DNA of 64,000 nt from Escherichia phage vB_EcoM_ACG-C40. The translations under genes were made by a program, and so were the position numbers. The stretch lies in sequence record NC_019399.1. One strand, 5' to 3'. Numbering within the stretch: position 1 is the stretch's first letter; every line of letters starts with the position of its first letter. The notes under the pieces were generated by a model. The model worked only from the letters and a program-made list of their open reading frames with translations. It made no database searches and was not told the origin of the DNA. Below are positions 1 through 11,126 of the stretch, piece after piece.

Positions 1-1
1 T

Positions 2-136
2 GACATGCGATTAGCATCTGAAGTGTTTTCAAAAGAGCTTCAAGATATGGGGGATGAATACGCTCCAGTTATATTTGTCGATTCGGTTCATTCTGCTGAG
101 TATGTTCCAGTATCTCATGGTATGTCAATGGTATAA
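2..136 (+). CDS. 3' end of upstream CDS (partial); by position probably large terminase subunit gp17
   Basis: Open frame from window start to TAA at 134-136 (...VIFVDSVHSAEYVPVSHGMSMV*), directly upstream of gene 18 as in T4 order 17-18. Confidence 0.5.
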   Translation, partial: DMRLASEVFSKELQDMGDEYAPVIFVDSVHSAEYVPVSHGMSMV

Positions 137-139
137 ATA
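132..139 (+). promoter_or_regulatory. T4-type late promoter TATAAATA for gene 18
   Basis: Exact TATAAATA about 30 nt upstream of the gene 18 ATG. Confidence 0.6.
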
Positions 140-167
140 TATTAAAGCATATTAAAGAGGATTAAAA

Positions 168-2147
168 ATGACTTTATTATCTCCGGGCATTGAGCTCAAA
201 GAAACTACGGTTCAAAGCACCGTGGTTAATAACTCTACTGGTACAGCAGCTTTGGCCGGTAAATTCCAGTGGGGTCCTGCTTTTCAGATTAAACAGGTTA
301 CAAACGAAGTAGATTTAGTTAATACTTTTGGTCAACCTACAGCTGAAACTGCTGACTATTTTATGTCTGCAATGAATTTCTTACAATATGGAAATGATTT
401 GCGAGTTGTGCGCGCTGTCGATAGAGATACCGCTAAAAACTCATCTCCGATTGCTGGTAATATTGAATACACAATTTCTACCCCAGGTAGTAACTACGCG
501 GTTGGAGATAAAATCACGGTCAAATATGTTTCAGAAGATGTTGAAACAGAAGGTAAAATTACCGAAGTAGATGCTGATGGAAAAATTAAGAAAATTAATA
601 TTCCTACTGCAAAAATTATTGCTAAAGCTAAAGAAGTTGGCGAATACCCAACATTAGGTTCTAACTGGACTGCAGAAATTTCTTCATCTTCTTCCGGTTT
701 AGCTGCAGTAATAACTCTTGGAAAAATTATTACTGATTCCGGTATTTTATTAGCTGAAATTGAAAATGCTGAAGCTGCTATGACAGAGGTTGACTTTCAA
801 GCAAATCTCGAAAAATACGGAATTCCAGGAGTAGTAGCTCTCTATCCAGGCGAATTAGGCGATAAAATTGAAATTGAAATCGTATCTAAAGCTGACTATG
901 CGAAAGGCGCTTCTGCATTACTGCCAATTTATCCAGGCGGTGGTACTCGTGCATCTACTGCTAAAGCTGTATTTGGATATGGGCCGCAGACTGACTCGCA
1001 GTACGCTATTATAGTTCGTCGAAATGATGCTATTGTTCAAAGCGTTGTTCTTTCAACTAAGCGTGGTGAAAAAGATATTTACGATAGTAACATCTATATT
1101 GATGACTTTTTCGCAAAAGGTGGTTCAGAATATATTTTCGCAACTGCGCAAAACTGGCCAGAAGGCTTCTCTGGAATTTTAACTCTGTCTGGTGGATTAT
1201 CATCAAATGCTGAAGTAACAGCAGGAGATTTAATGGAAGCCTGGGACTTCTTTGCTGACCGTGAATCTGTTGACGTTCAGTTGTTTATTGCGGGTTCTTG
1301 TGCCGGTGAATCTTTAGAAACAGCATCTACTGTCCAAAAACACGTCGTTTCAATTGGGGATGCTCGCCAGGATTGCTTAGTATTGTGCTCACCACCGCGC
1401 GAAACTGTAGTTGGAATTCCTGTAACTCGTGCAGTAGATAATTTAGTTAACTGGAGAACTGCGGCAGGTTCATATACTGATAATAACTTTAATATTAGTT
1501 CAACCTACGCAGCAATTGATGGTAACTACAAATATCAGTATGACAAATATAATGATGTCAATCGCTGGGTTCCATTAGCAGCTGATATTGCCGGTTTATG
1601 TGCAAGAACCGATAACGTTTCTCAGACTTGGATGTCTCCAGCTGGTTATAATCGTGGTCAGATTCTTAACGTTATTAAACTTGCTATTGAAACTCGCCAA
1701 GCTCAGCGCGACCGTTTATATCAAGAAGCTATCAACCCAGTAACTGGTACAGGTGGTGATGGTTACGTATTGTATGGTGATAAAACAGCTACTTCTGTTC
1801 CTTCTCCATTTGATCGTATTAACGTTCGTCGTCTGTTTAATATGTTGAAAACGAATATCGGACGTAGTTCAAAATATCGTTTGTTCGAATTAAACAACGC
1901 GTTTACTCGTTCATCATTCCGCACAGAAACTGCCCAATACTTACAGGGAATTAAAGCTCTCGGTGGAATTTATGAATATCGTGTAGTTTGCGATACAACA
2001 AATAACACTCCGTCAGTAATTGATAGAAATGAGTTTGTTGCAACATTCTACATTCAACCGGCGCGCAGTATAAATTATATCCAGCTTAACTTCGTAGCAA
2101 CTGCTACTGGTGCAGATTTCGATGAGTTAACTGGTCTTGCTGGTTAA
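168..2147 (+). CDS. 18: Contractile tail sheath protein gp18
   Basis: 659-aa ORF starting MTLLSPGIELKETTVQS, matching recalled T4 gp18 sequence and length. Confidence 0.95.
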   Translation: MTLLSPGIELKETTVQSTVVNNSTGTAALAGKFQWGPAFQIKQVTNEVDLVNTFGQPTAETADYFMSAMNFLQYGNDLRVVRAVDRDTAKNSSPIAGNIEYTISTPGSNYAVGDKITVKYVSEDVETEGKITEVDADGKIKKINIPTAKIIAKAKEVGEYPTLGSNWTAEISSSSSGLAAVITLGKIITDSGILLAEIENAEAAMTEVDFQANLEKYGIPGVVALYPGELGDKIEIEIVSKADYAKGASALLPIYPGGGTRASTAKAVFGYGPQTDSQYAIIVRRNDAIVQSVVLSTKRGEKDIYDSNIYIDDFFAKGGSEYIFATAQNWPEGFSGILTLSGGLSSNAEVTAGDLMEAWDFFADRESVDVQLFIAGSCAGESLETASTVQKHVVSIGDARQDCLVLCSPPRETVVGIPVTRAVDNLVNWRTAAGSYTDNNFNISSTYAAIDGNYKYQYDKYNDVNRWVPLAADIAGLCARTDNVSQTWMSPAGYNRGQILNVIKLAIETRQAQRDRLYQEAINPVTGTGGDGYVLYGDKTATSVPSPFDRINVRRLFNMLKTNIGRSSKYRLFELNNAFTRSSFRTETAQYLQGIKALGGIYEYRVVCDTTNNTPSVIDRNEFVATFYIQPARSINYIQLNFVATATGADFDELTGLAG

Positions 2148-2241
2148 TACGGTGCATTCTAAAGGCCTGTTTCGGCAGGCCATATAAATACACTATATCC
2201 TTAATTCTTTAATTCTATATGCCCTAGGTTAAACATAGGGA

Positions 2242-2249
2242 TATAAATA
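2242..2249 (+). promoter_or_regulatory. Late promoter TATAAATA for gene 19 (second copy at 2183-2190)
   Basis: Exact TATAAATA 15 nt upstream of ATG 2264; another copy about 75 nt upstream. Confidence 0.55.
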
Positions 2250-2263
2250 CTACAGAGGCTAAT

Positions 2264-2755
2264 ATGTTTGTAGATGATGTAACACGAGCGTTTGAATCTG
2301 GTGATTTTGCTCGACCTAACTTATTCCAAGTAGAAATTTCTTATCTTGGACAAAATTTTACATTCCAATGTAAAGCCACTGCTTTACCAGCTGGTATTGT
2401 AGAAAAAATTCCAGTCGGATTTATGAACCGTAAAATTAACGTAGCAGGCGATCGTACATTCGATGACTGGACTGTTACAGTAATGAACGATGAAGCTCAT
2501 GATGCTCGCCAGAAGTTTGTTGATTGGCAAAGCATTGCTGCTGGTCAAGGAAACGAAATTACTGGTGGAAAACCTGCAGAGTATAAAAAGAGCGCTATTG
2601 TTCGTCAATATGCTCGTGATGCTAAAACAGTAACAAAAGAAATTGAAATTAAAGGTCTGTGGCCTACTAACGTGGGTGAACTTCAATTAGATTGGGATTC
2701 AAACAATGAAATCCAAACCTTTGAAGTAACTCTTGCTCTCGATTATTGGGAATAA
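2264..2755 (+). CDS. 19: Tail tube protein gp19
   Basis: 163-aa ORF, position after gene 18, length matches T4 gp19. Confidence 0.95.
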   Translation: MFVDDVTRAFESGDFARPNLFQVEISYLGQNFTFQCKATALPAGIVEKIPVGFMNRKINVAGDRTFDDWTVTVMNDEAHDARQKFVDWQSIAAGQGNEITGGKPAEYKKSAIVRQYARDAKTVTKEIEIKGLWPTNVGELQLDWDSNNEIQTFEVTLALDYWE

Positions 2756-2787
2756 AATGAATGGGGAGAAATCCCCATCCTGCTTAA

Positions 2788-4412
<1,625 letters not shown>

Positions 4413-4413
<1 letters not shown>

Positions 4414-4652
4414 TGGAAGGTTTAATTGAAGCTATTAAATCAAACGACCTCGTAGCCGCTCGTAAATTATTTGCTGAAGCCATGGCTGCAAGAACGACTG
4501 ATTTAATTAAAGAAGAAAAAATCGCTATCGCTCGTAATTTCTTAATCGAAGGTGAAGAACCTGATGACGAGGATGATGACGAAGACGAAGATAGTGATGA
4601 TAAAGACGACAAAAAAGACAAAGACTCTGACGAAGACGAGGATGATGAATAA
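4413..4652 (+). CDS. 67: Prohead core protein gp67 with acidic C-terminal tail
   Basis: 79-aa ORF ending in a long D/E run; ATGA overlap with gene 20 stop; T4 synteny. Confidence 0.8.
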
Positions 4653-5077
4653 TGCTTCTGATCCCTGAAACTCATGAATTAGTTCTCGAGAATGTCGAAG
4701 CACTTATTCCTGAAGCACAGGGTCGCTTTGACGAATTGTCTTCTGCTTTAAATAAAGACGATATAAATACAATTGTCGAGAATATGCTTGATGATGAAAC
4801 TGATTTAGCGGTTGCATTAGCTTCTATTAATGAAAATATGCCGTTAAATGAATTTATCGTTAAACATGTTTCTGCCCGTGGTGAAATTACTCGCACTAAA
4901 GATCGCAAAACCCGCGAACGTAATGCATTTCAAACTACCGGGTTGTCTAAAGCAAAACGTAGACAAATTGCTCGTAAAGCTACCAAAACGAAGATTGCCA
5001 ATCCAGCAGGTCAATCTCGTGCTCAGCGTAAGCGTAAAAAAGCTCTTAAACGCCGTAAGGCATTAGGATTAAGCTAA
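4652..5077 (+). CDS. 68: Prohead core protein gp68
   Basis: 141-aa ORF, basic C-terminus, position between 67 and 21. Confidence 0.8.
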
Positions 5078-5715
5078 TGAATGAACCCCAATTACTAATT
5101 GAAACTTGGGGTCAACCTGGCGAAATTATTGATGGCGTACCAATGCTTGAATCTCATGATGGAAAAGACTTAGGTTTAAAACCGGGTTTATACATCGAAG
5201 GAATATTCATGCAAGCGGAAGTCGTCAATAGAAATAAACGTCTTTATCCAAAACGTATATTAGAAAAAGCGGTAAAAGACTATATTAATGAGCAAGTTTT
5301 AACTAAACAAGCTCTCGGAGAATTAAATCATCCTCCACGCGCTAATGTTGACCCGATGCAAGCCGCTATCATTATAGAAGATATGTGGTGGAAAGGAAAT
5401 GACGTATACGGACGAGCTCGTGTTATTGAAGGTGACCACGGTCCTGGAGATAAATTAGCAGCTAATATTCGTGCCGGATGGATTCCAGGAGTTTCTTCTC
5501 GTGGATTAGGTTCATTGACTGACACAAATAAAGGTTATCGTATCGTAAACGAAGGATTCAAATTAACTGTAGGTGTTGATGCAGTATGGGGTCCAAGTGC
5601 TCCAGATGCATGGGTAACTCCTAAGGAAATTACCGAATCACAGACGGCGGAAGCCGATACAAGTGCCGATGACGCCTATATGGCTCTCGCAGAGGCCATG
5701 AAAAAAGCGTTATAA
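5077..5715 (+). CDS. 21: Prohead core scaffold protein and protease gp21
   Basis: 212-aa ORF, length and position match T4 gp21. Confidence 0.9.
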   Translation: MNEPQLLIETWGQPGEIIDGVPMLESHDGKDLGLKPGLYIEGIFMQAEVVNRNKRLYPKRILEKAVKDYINEQVLTKQALGELNHPPRANVDPMQAAIIIEDMWWKGNDVYGRARVIEGDHGPGDKLAANIRAGWIPGVSSRGLGSLTDTNKGYRIVNEGFKLTVGVDAVWGPSAPDAWVTPKEITESQTAEADTSADDAYMALAEAMKKAL

Positions 5716-5718
5716 ATA
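5711..5718 (+). promoter_or_regulatory. Late promoter TATAAATA for gene 22
   Basis: Exact TATAAATA about 28 nt upstream of ATG 5746. Confidence 0.55.
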
Positions 5719-5745
5719 TTATTATCTAAACAACAGGACTACAAA

Positions 5746-6555
5746 ATGCTTAAAGAACAACTGATTGCTGAAGCGCAAAAAATTGATGCTTCCGTTGCTC
5801 TTGATAGTATTTTCGAATCAGTTAATATTTCTCCGGAAGCAAAAGAAACTTTCGGCACTGTATTCGAAGCTACCGTCAAGCAGCACGCCGTTAAATTAGC
5901 TGAATCTCATATCGCTAAAATTGCTGAAAAAGCAGAAGAAGAAGTAGAAAAAAATAAAGAAGAAGCAGAAGAAAAAGCTGAGAAGAAAATCGCTGAGCAA
6001 GCTTCTAAATTCCTTGACCATCTTGCAAAAGAATGGCTCACTGAAAATAAATTAGCAGTAGATAAAGGTATCAAAGCCGAACTGTTTGAATCCATGCTTG
6101 GTGGATTGAAAGAGCTCTTCGTTGAACACAACGTTGTTGTTCCAGAAGAATCAGTTGATGTTGTAGCTGAAATGGAAGAAGAACTGCAAGAACATAAAGA
6201 AGAATCAGCTCGTCTGTTCGAAGAACTCAATAAGCGTGACGCATATATCAATTATGTGCAGCGTGAAGTGGCATTGAGCGAAAGTACTAAAGATCTGACT
6301 GAGTCTCAAAAAGAAAAAGTCTCTGCTCTGGTCGAAGGTATGGATTATTCAGATGCATTCTCAAGTAAATTGAGTGCAATCGTAGAAATGGTGAAGAAAT
6401 CTAATAAAGATGAAAGCACTATTACTGAGAGTATAAATACTCCTGATACTGAAGCAGCCGGACTGAATTTCGTCACTGAAGCTGTAGAAGATAAATCTGC
6501 ACAAGGTGCAGAAGATATTGTAAGTGTATATGCGAAAGTCGCATCTCGTTTCTAA
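5746..6555 (+). CDS. 22: Major prohead scaffolding core protein gp22
   Basis: 269-aa acidic coiled-coil-like ORF, matches T4 gp22 length and position. Confidence 0.9.
   Translation: MLKEQLIAEAQKIDASVALDSIFESVNISPEAKETFGTVFEATVKQHAVKLAESHIAKIAEKAEEEVEKNKEEAEEKAEKKIAEQASKFLDHLAKEWLTENKLAVDKGIKAELFESMLGGLKELFVEHNVVVPEESVDVVAEMEEELQEHKEESARLFEELNKRDAYINYVQREVALSESTKDLTESQKEKVSALVEGMDYSDAFSSKLSAIVEMVKKSNKDESTITESINTPDTEAAGLNFVTEAVEDKSAQGAEDIVSVYAKVASRF
6432..6439 (+). promoter_or_regulatory. Late promoter TATAAATA inside gene 22, upstream of gene 23
   Basis: Exact TATAAATA about 135 nt upstream of the gene 23 start. Confidence 0.5.
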
Positions 6556-6573
6556 TTTTAAAGGTTAACACAA

Positions 6574-8133
6574 ATGACTATCAAAACTAAAGCTGAACTT
6601 TTGAACAAATGGAAGCCATTACTGGAAGGTGAAGGTTTACCGGAAATTGCTAATAGCAAACAAGCGATTATCGCTAAAATCTTTGAAAACCAGGAAAAAG
6701 ATTTCCAGACAGCTCCGGAATATAAAGACGAAAAAATTGCTCAGGCATTCGGTTCTTTCTTAACAGAAGCTGAAATCGGTGGTGACCACGGTTACAATGC
6801 TACCAACATCGCTGCAGGTCAGACTTCTGGAGCAGTAACTCAGATTGGCCCAGCTGTTATGGGTATGGTACGTCGTGCTATTCCTAACCTGATTGCTTTC
6901 GATATTTGTGGTGTTCAGCCAATGAACAGCCCGACTGGCCAGGTATTCGCACTGCGCGCAGTATATGGTAAAGACCCAATCGCTTCCGGTGCTAAAGAAG
7001 CATTCCACCCAATGTATGGTCCAGATGCAATGTTCTCTGGTCAGGGTGCTGCTAAGAAATTCCCAGCTCTGGCTGCTAGCACACAAACCACAGTAGGTGA
7101 TATCTATACTCACTTCTTCCAGGACACTGGTACTGTGTATCTGCAAGCTTCTGCTAAAGTAACAATTAGCGCAACTGACGCAGCTAAATTAGATGCTGAA
7201 ATTAAGAAACAAATGGAAGCTGGTGTACTGGTAGAAATCGCTGAAGGTATGGCTACTTCTATCGCTGAACTCCAGGAAGGTTTCAATGGTTCTACCGATA
7301 ACCCATGGAATGAAATGGGCTTCCGTATCGATAAGCAAGTTATCGAAGCTAAATCTCGTCAGCTGAAAGCTGCTTACTCTATCGAATTAGCACAGGACCT
7401 CCGCGCTGTTCACGGTATGGATGCTGATGCTGAACTGTCTGGCATTCTGGCTACAGAAATTATGTTGGAAATCAACCGCGAAGTTGTTGATTGGATTAAC
7501 TACTCAGCTCAGGTTGGTAAATCTGGTATGACCCTGACTCCGGGTTCTAAAGCTGGTGTATTTGACTTCCAGGACCCAATCGATATTCGTGGTGCTCGCT
7601 GGGCAGGTGAATCCTTTAAAGCTCTGTTGTTCCAGATTGACAAAGAAGCAGTTGAAATTGCTCGTCAGACTGGTCGCGGCGAAGGCAACTTCATTATCGC
7701 TTCCCGTAACGTAGTTAACGTTCTGGCTTCAGTTGATACCGGCATTTCTTATGCTGCACAGGGTCTGGCTACCGGCTTTAACACTGATACTACCAAGTCA
7801 GTATTTGCCGGTGTTCTGGGCGGTAAATACCGTGTATATATCGACCAGTATGCTAAACAGGATTATTTCACTGTAGGTTATAAAGGTCCGAACGAAATGG
7901 ATGCTGGTATTTACTATGCTCCATATGTAGCTCTGACTCCGCTGCGTGGTTCCGATCCGAAGAACTTCCAACCGGTAATGGGATTCAAAACTCGTTACGG
8001 TATCGGTATCAACCCATTTGCAGAATCCGCTGCTCAGGCTCCGGCTTCTCGCATCCAGAGCGGTATGCCTTCTATTCTGAATAGCCTTGGTAAAAACGCT
8101 TACTTCCGCCGTGTATATGTTAAAGGTATCTAA
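6574..8133 (+). CDS. 23: Major capsid protein gp23
   Basis: 519-aa ORF starting MTIKTKAELLNKWKPLLEGEGLPEIANSKQ, near-identical to recalled T4 gp23 (521 aa). Confidence 0.97.
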   Translation: MTIKTKAELLNKWKPLLEGEGLPEIANSKQAIIAKIFENQEKDFQTAPEYKDEKIAQAFGSFLTEAEIGGDHGYNATNIAAGQTSGAVTQIGPAVMGMVRRAIPNLIAFDICGVQPMNSPTGQVFALRAVYGKDPIASGAKEAFHPMYGPDAMFSGQGAAKKFPALAASTQTTVGDIYTHFFQDTGTVYLQASAKVTISATDAAKLDAEIKKQMEAGVLVEIAEGMATSIAELQEGFNGSTDNPWNEMGFRIDKQVIEAKSRQLKAAYSIELAQDLRAVHGMDADAELSGILATEIMLEINREVVDWINYSAQVGKSGMTLTPGSKAGVFDFQDPIDIRGARWAGESFKALLFQIDKEAVEIARQTGRGEGNFIIASRNVVNVLASVDTGISYAAQGLATGFNTDTTKSVFAGVLGGKYRVYIDQYAKQDYFTVGYKGPNEMDAGIYYAPYVALTPLRGSDPKNFQPVMGFKTRYGIGINPFAESAAQAPASRIQSGMPSILNSLGKNAYFRRVYVKGI

Positions 8134-8148
8134 TCTTTGACGATTTAA

Positions 8149-8177
8149 GGGACCTTCGGGTCCCTTTAGTTGTTTTT
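8149..8177 (+). terminator. Rho-independent terminator after gene 23
   Basis: GGGACC-TTCG-GGTCCC hairpin followed by TTTAGTTGTTTTT. Confidence 0.75.
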
Positions 8178-8181
8178 ATGG

Positions 8182-8189
8182 TATAAATA
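8182..8189 (+). promoter_or_regulatory. Late promoter TATAAATA for gene 24
   Basis: Exact TATAAATA about 28 nt upstream of ATG 8217. Confidence 0.55.
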
Positions 8190-8216
8190 AATCATATAAA
8201 CTGAAAGGAAAGCGCA

Positions 8217-9500
8217 ATGGCTAAAATCAACGAACTTCTGCGCGAATCAACCACAACGAATAGCAACTCAATCGGTCGCCCAAATCTCGTTGCTTTGACT
8301 CGCGCTACCACTAAATTAATATATTCTGACATTGTAGCAACGCAAAGAACTAATCAACCTGTTGCTGCTTTTTATGGTATCAAATACCTTAACCCGGATA
8401 ACGAATTTACATTTAAAACTGGTGCTACTTACGCTGGCGAAGCTGGGTATGTAGACCGAGAACAAATCACAGAATTAACAGAAGAGTCTAAATTAACTCT
8501 CAATAAAGGCGATTTATTCAAATATAATAATATCGTTTATAAAGTATTAGAAGATACACCATTTGCTGATATTGAAGAAAGCGATTTAGAATTAGCTCTT
8601 CAGATTGCAATCGTTCTTTTAAAGGTTCGTCTATTTTCTGATGCTGCAGTAACAAGCAAATTTGAAAACTCTGATAGCGAAATTGCGGATGCTAGATTCC
8701 AGATTAATAAATGGCAAACCGCAGTTAAATCTCGTAAACTTAAAACTGGCATCACAGTTGAATTAGCACAAGATTTAGAAGCAAACGGATTCGATGCTCC
8801 TAATTTCTTGGAAGATTTGCTTGCAACTGAAATGGCGGATGAAATCAATAAAGATATTCTGCAGTCTTTGATTACAGTATCAAAACGCTATAAAGTTACA
8901 GGAATTACTGATACTGGATTCATTGATTTGAGTTATGCATCTGCACCTGAAGCTGGTCGTTCATTATACCGAATGGTGTGTGAAATGGTTTCACATATCC
9001 AGAAAGAATCAACTTATACAGCAACGTTCTGTGTTGCTTCAGCTCGTGCCGCTGCGATTCTTGCTGCATCAGGTTGGTTAAAACATAAACCAGAAGATGA
9101 CAAATATCTTTCACAAAATGCCTACGGGTTCTTAGCTAATGGTTTACCGCTTTATTGCGATACCAACAGTCCATTAGATTATGTAATCGTTGGCGTAGTA
9201 GAAAATATTGGTGAAAAAGAAATTGTTGGATCAATTTTCTATGCTCCGTATACAGAAGGTCTTGACTTAGATGACCCTGAACATGTAGGTGCATTTAAAG
9301 TTGTTGTTGATCCAGAAAGCTTACAACCGTCTATCGGTTTATTAGTTAGATATGCTTTATCAGCAAATCCTTATACCGTAGCAAAAGATGAAAAAGAAGC
9401 AAGAGTAATTGATGGTGGAGATATGGATAAAATGGCGGGTCGTTCAGATTTGTCTGTTTTATTAGGTGTTAAGCTACCAAAAATTATCATTGATGAATAA
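8217..9500 (+). CDS. 24: Head vertex protein gp24
   Basis: 427-aa ORF with capsid-protein-like sequence; T4 length and position. Confidence 0.95.
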   Translation: MAKINELLRESTTTNSNSIGRPNLVALTRATTKLIYSDIVATQRTNQPVAAFYGIKYLNPDNEFTFKTGATYAGEAGYVDREQITELTEESKLTLNKGDLFKYNNIVYKVLEDTPFADIEESDLELALQIAIVLLKVRLFSDAAVTSKFENSDSEIADARFQINKWQTAVKSRKLKTGITVELAQDLEANGFDAPNFLEDLLATEMADEINKDILQSLITVSKRYKVTGITDTGFIDLSYASAPEAGRSLYRMVCEMVSHIQKESTYTATFCVASARAAAILAASGWLKHKPEDDKYLSQNAYGFLANGLPLYCDTNSPLDYVIVGVVENIGEKEIVGSIFYAPYTEGLDLDDPEHVGAFKVVVDPESLQPSIGLLVRYALSANPYTVAKDEKEARVIDGGDMDKMAGRSDLSVLLGVKLPKIIIDE

Positions 9501-9506
9501 AACAAA

Positions 9507-9530
9507 GGGACCGAAAGGTCCCTTTTTTAT
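9507..9530. terminator. Bidirectional rho-independent terminator between convergent gene 24 and rnlB
   Basis: GGGACC-GAAA-GGTCCC hairpin flanked by T-runs on both strands. Confidence 0.75.
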
Positions 9531-10535
9531 TTAACTTACCAATTCAATCCAAGCCGGACGAAGTACATCTTGTACCATTTTAACTAATTCCTTCTTAATC
9601 AAAGAAGGATTATCCGCTTGAGTTAGAGTAATACCTTCACGAGAAGTTTCTTCCAAAATATCTTGAACAGTTAGCCCCATCACCTTTCCAAAATCTTTTG
9701 GACCAATTTCACCAATTTTAGAAATAACGTTATTTACTCGGTTCAGTGTAACGTAGCAAGCTAAAATTCCCACCAATTTGTTATCAGCTTCTGATAGTTC
9801 AACTTTAGCTTTAATAGGCTTATCAGACTTTTTCTTTTCACTAAATTTGGAATTCTTGCATTTGATGGCTACACGATTTCCATTATGAAGTCAAGAAGGA
9901 TAACAAGGTTTCAATACATATCCTTCAGCGGTAAATACTTCGCCTTTGGCTTCAGCTTTCCAAACACATTTGTTAGCGTCAACTAATCCAGCATGGTCTA
10001 CTGTAAAATTATAATCTTGGACGACAGAATCTAAATCATTTGGCAATTTAATAAGCTCTTCAAATTTACCGCGACCTAAAAGTGGAGCCATTTTAAATTT
10101 AAATGTATTACAAAATGATTCCATCATATAATCATCGACATAAGTCACATCACCACTTTCTGTAGTGACAATAATGTCAAATACATAAAAATCTTTATCG
10201 CCATAATCGACATTCTTCTGAATGCCAGGTCCAGCGAATTCGCCAAAGACTTGATAAGATACAACCGCTGAGGTTTCCATAATATCTTGTACTGCTTTAA
10301 TAGAATCTTCGTAATTCTTTAGAATAATTTCATACCCAAAGAAATCTTCAGCAGGAAGAATCGGTCCAGTACGTTTAGCGCAAGTTACTTTATCACGCTC
10401 AATAATCAATGAGAAATTTGTGCCGTGAATCTTTTCACGAGCTACCCACTCCCCACCAGTCAATCCCAAGCTATAAAGTTTTTCAATAAATTTAGAGTTG
10501 TAATGATTTTCAAGACTGCTATACTTTTTAAACAT
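9531..10535 (-). pseudogene. rnlB: RNA ligase 2 (rnlB) interrupted by an in-frame TGA
   Basis: ORFs 9891..10535 (214 aa, KIHGTN adenylyltransferase motif) and 9531..9776 are in the same frame; a single TGA at 9891-9893 separates them; 214+1+38+81 = 334 codons, the recalled T4 Rnl2 length. Confidence 0.8.
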
Positions 10536-10544
10536 AATTAATCC

Positions 10545-10823
10545 TCAAAATGTAATTTCTAACCAATCACCATCACGCTGATCACTATTGACTTTAAAGC
10601 TGAATCCTTCTTTTCTCAGCCAATCACCAATTTCTTCAGTAATCAATTTATCACGAGCAATACAATAATAACTAAAATGTGTTTTACCTTGTTCAGCTGC
10701 TTTATTAGCAAGTTCCGAAAAATCTTTAATAAAACACTCTAGCTTAAACTGTTTACTTTTAAGTGCTTTTTCGCGCAATTGATTAGCAAAAGATTCATTT
10801 TCATAAAGATCATACTGTTCCAT
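10545..10823 (-). CDS. Hypothetical protein (24.2-like position)
   Basis: 92-aa ORF in the rnlB-hoc operon direction; start not verified. Confidence 0.55.
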   Translation of the reverse strand: MEQYDLYENESFANQLREKALKSKQFKLECFIKDFSELANKAAEQGKTHFSYYCIARDKLITEEIGDWLRKEGFSFKVNSDQRDGDWLEITF

Positions 10824-11025
10824 TTTTCACCTTTTTATTGATATGTCTTTTTCTATAGACGACTTTTTCTCGAGTTTCAAATTTATTTTTAGCAGTCATA
10901 GCTCGAGCCCATAATACAGCCACTTCTTTTGCCTGTAAGTTTAATTCACGAGCAATTTCAATGAATGACTTTCCAGACTCATGAAGAGTAAACACCACAA
11001 CCTCAGTTCTCATAATCAATCTCAT
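10810..11025 (-). CDS. Hypothetical small protein (24.3-like position)
   Basis: 71-aa ORF; start not verified. Confidence 0.45.
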   Translation of the reverse strand: MRLIMRTEVVVFTLHESGKSFIEIARELNLQAKEVAVLWARAMTAKNKFETREKVVYRKRHINKKVKNGTV

Positions 11026-11081
11026 GTTATCGAGTTGATGCCATTATATACATCATTTTCTGAGTATGTTTTGTGTGCTTT

Positions 11082-11109
11082 CAAAATGAAGAAAGGGGCC
11101 GAAGCCCCT
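11082..11109 (-). terminator. Rho-independent terminator downstream of hoc
   Basis: On minus strand GGGGC-TTCG-GCCCC hairpin followed by TTTCTTCATTTT. Confidence 0.6.
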
Positions 11110-11126
11110 TATGATTATGATTATGA

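Noticed and set aside
2384-2686. 100-aa minus-strand ORF and similar antisense ORFs inside genes 18, 20, 22, 23, 24, 29, 34 and 37
   Set aside because: All lie wholly within well-supported structural genes on the opposite strand and lack start signals.
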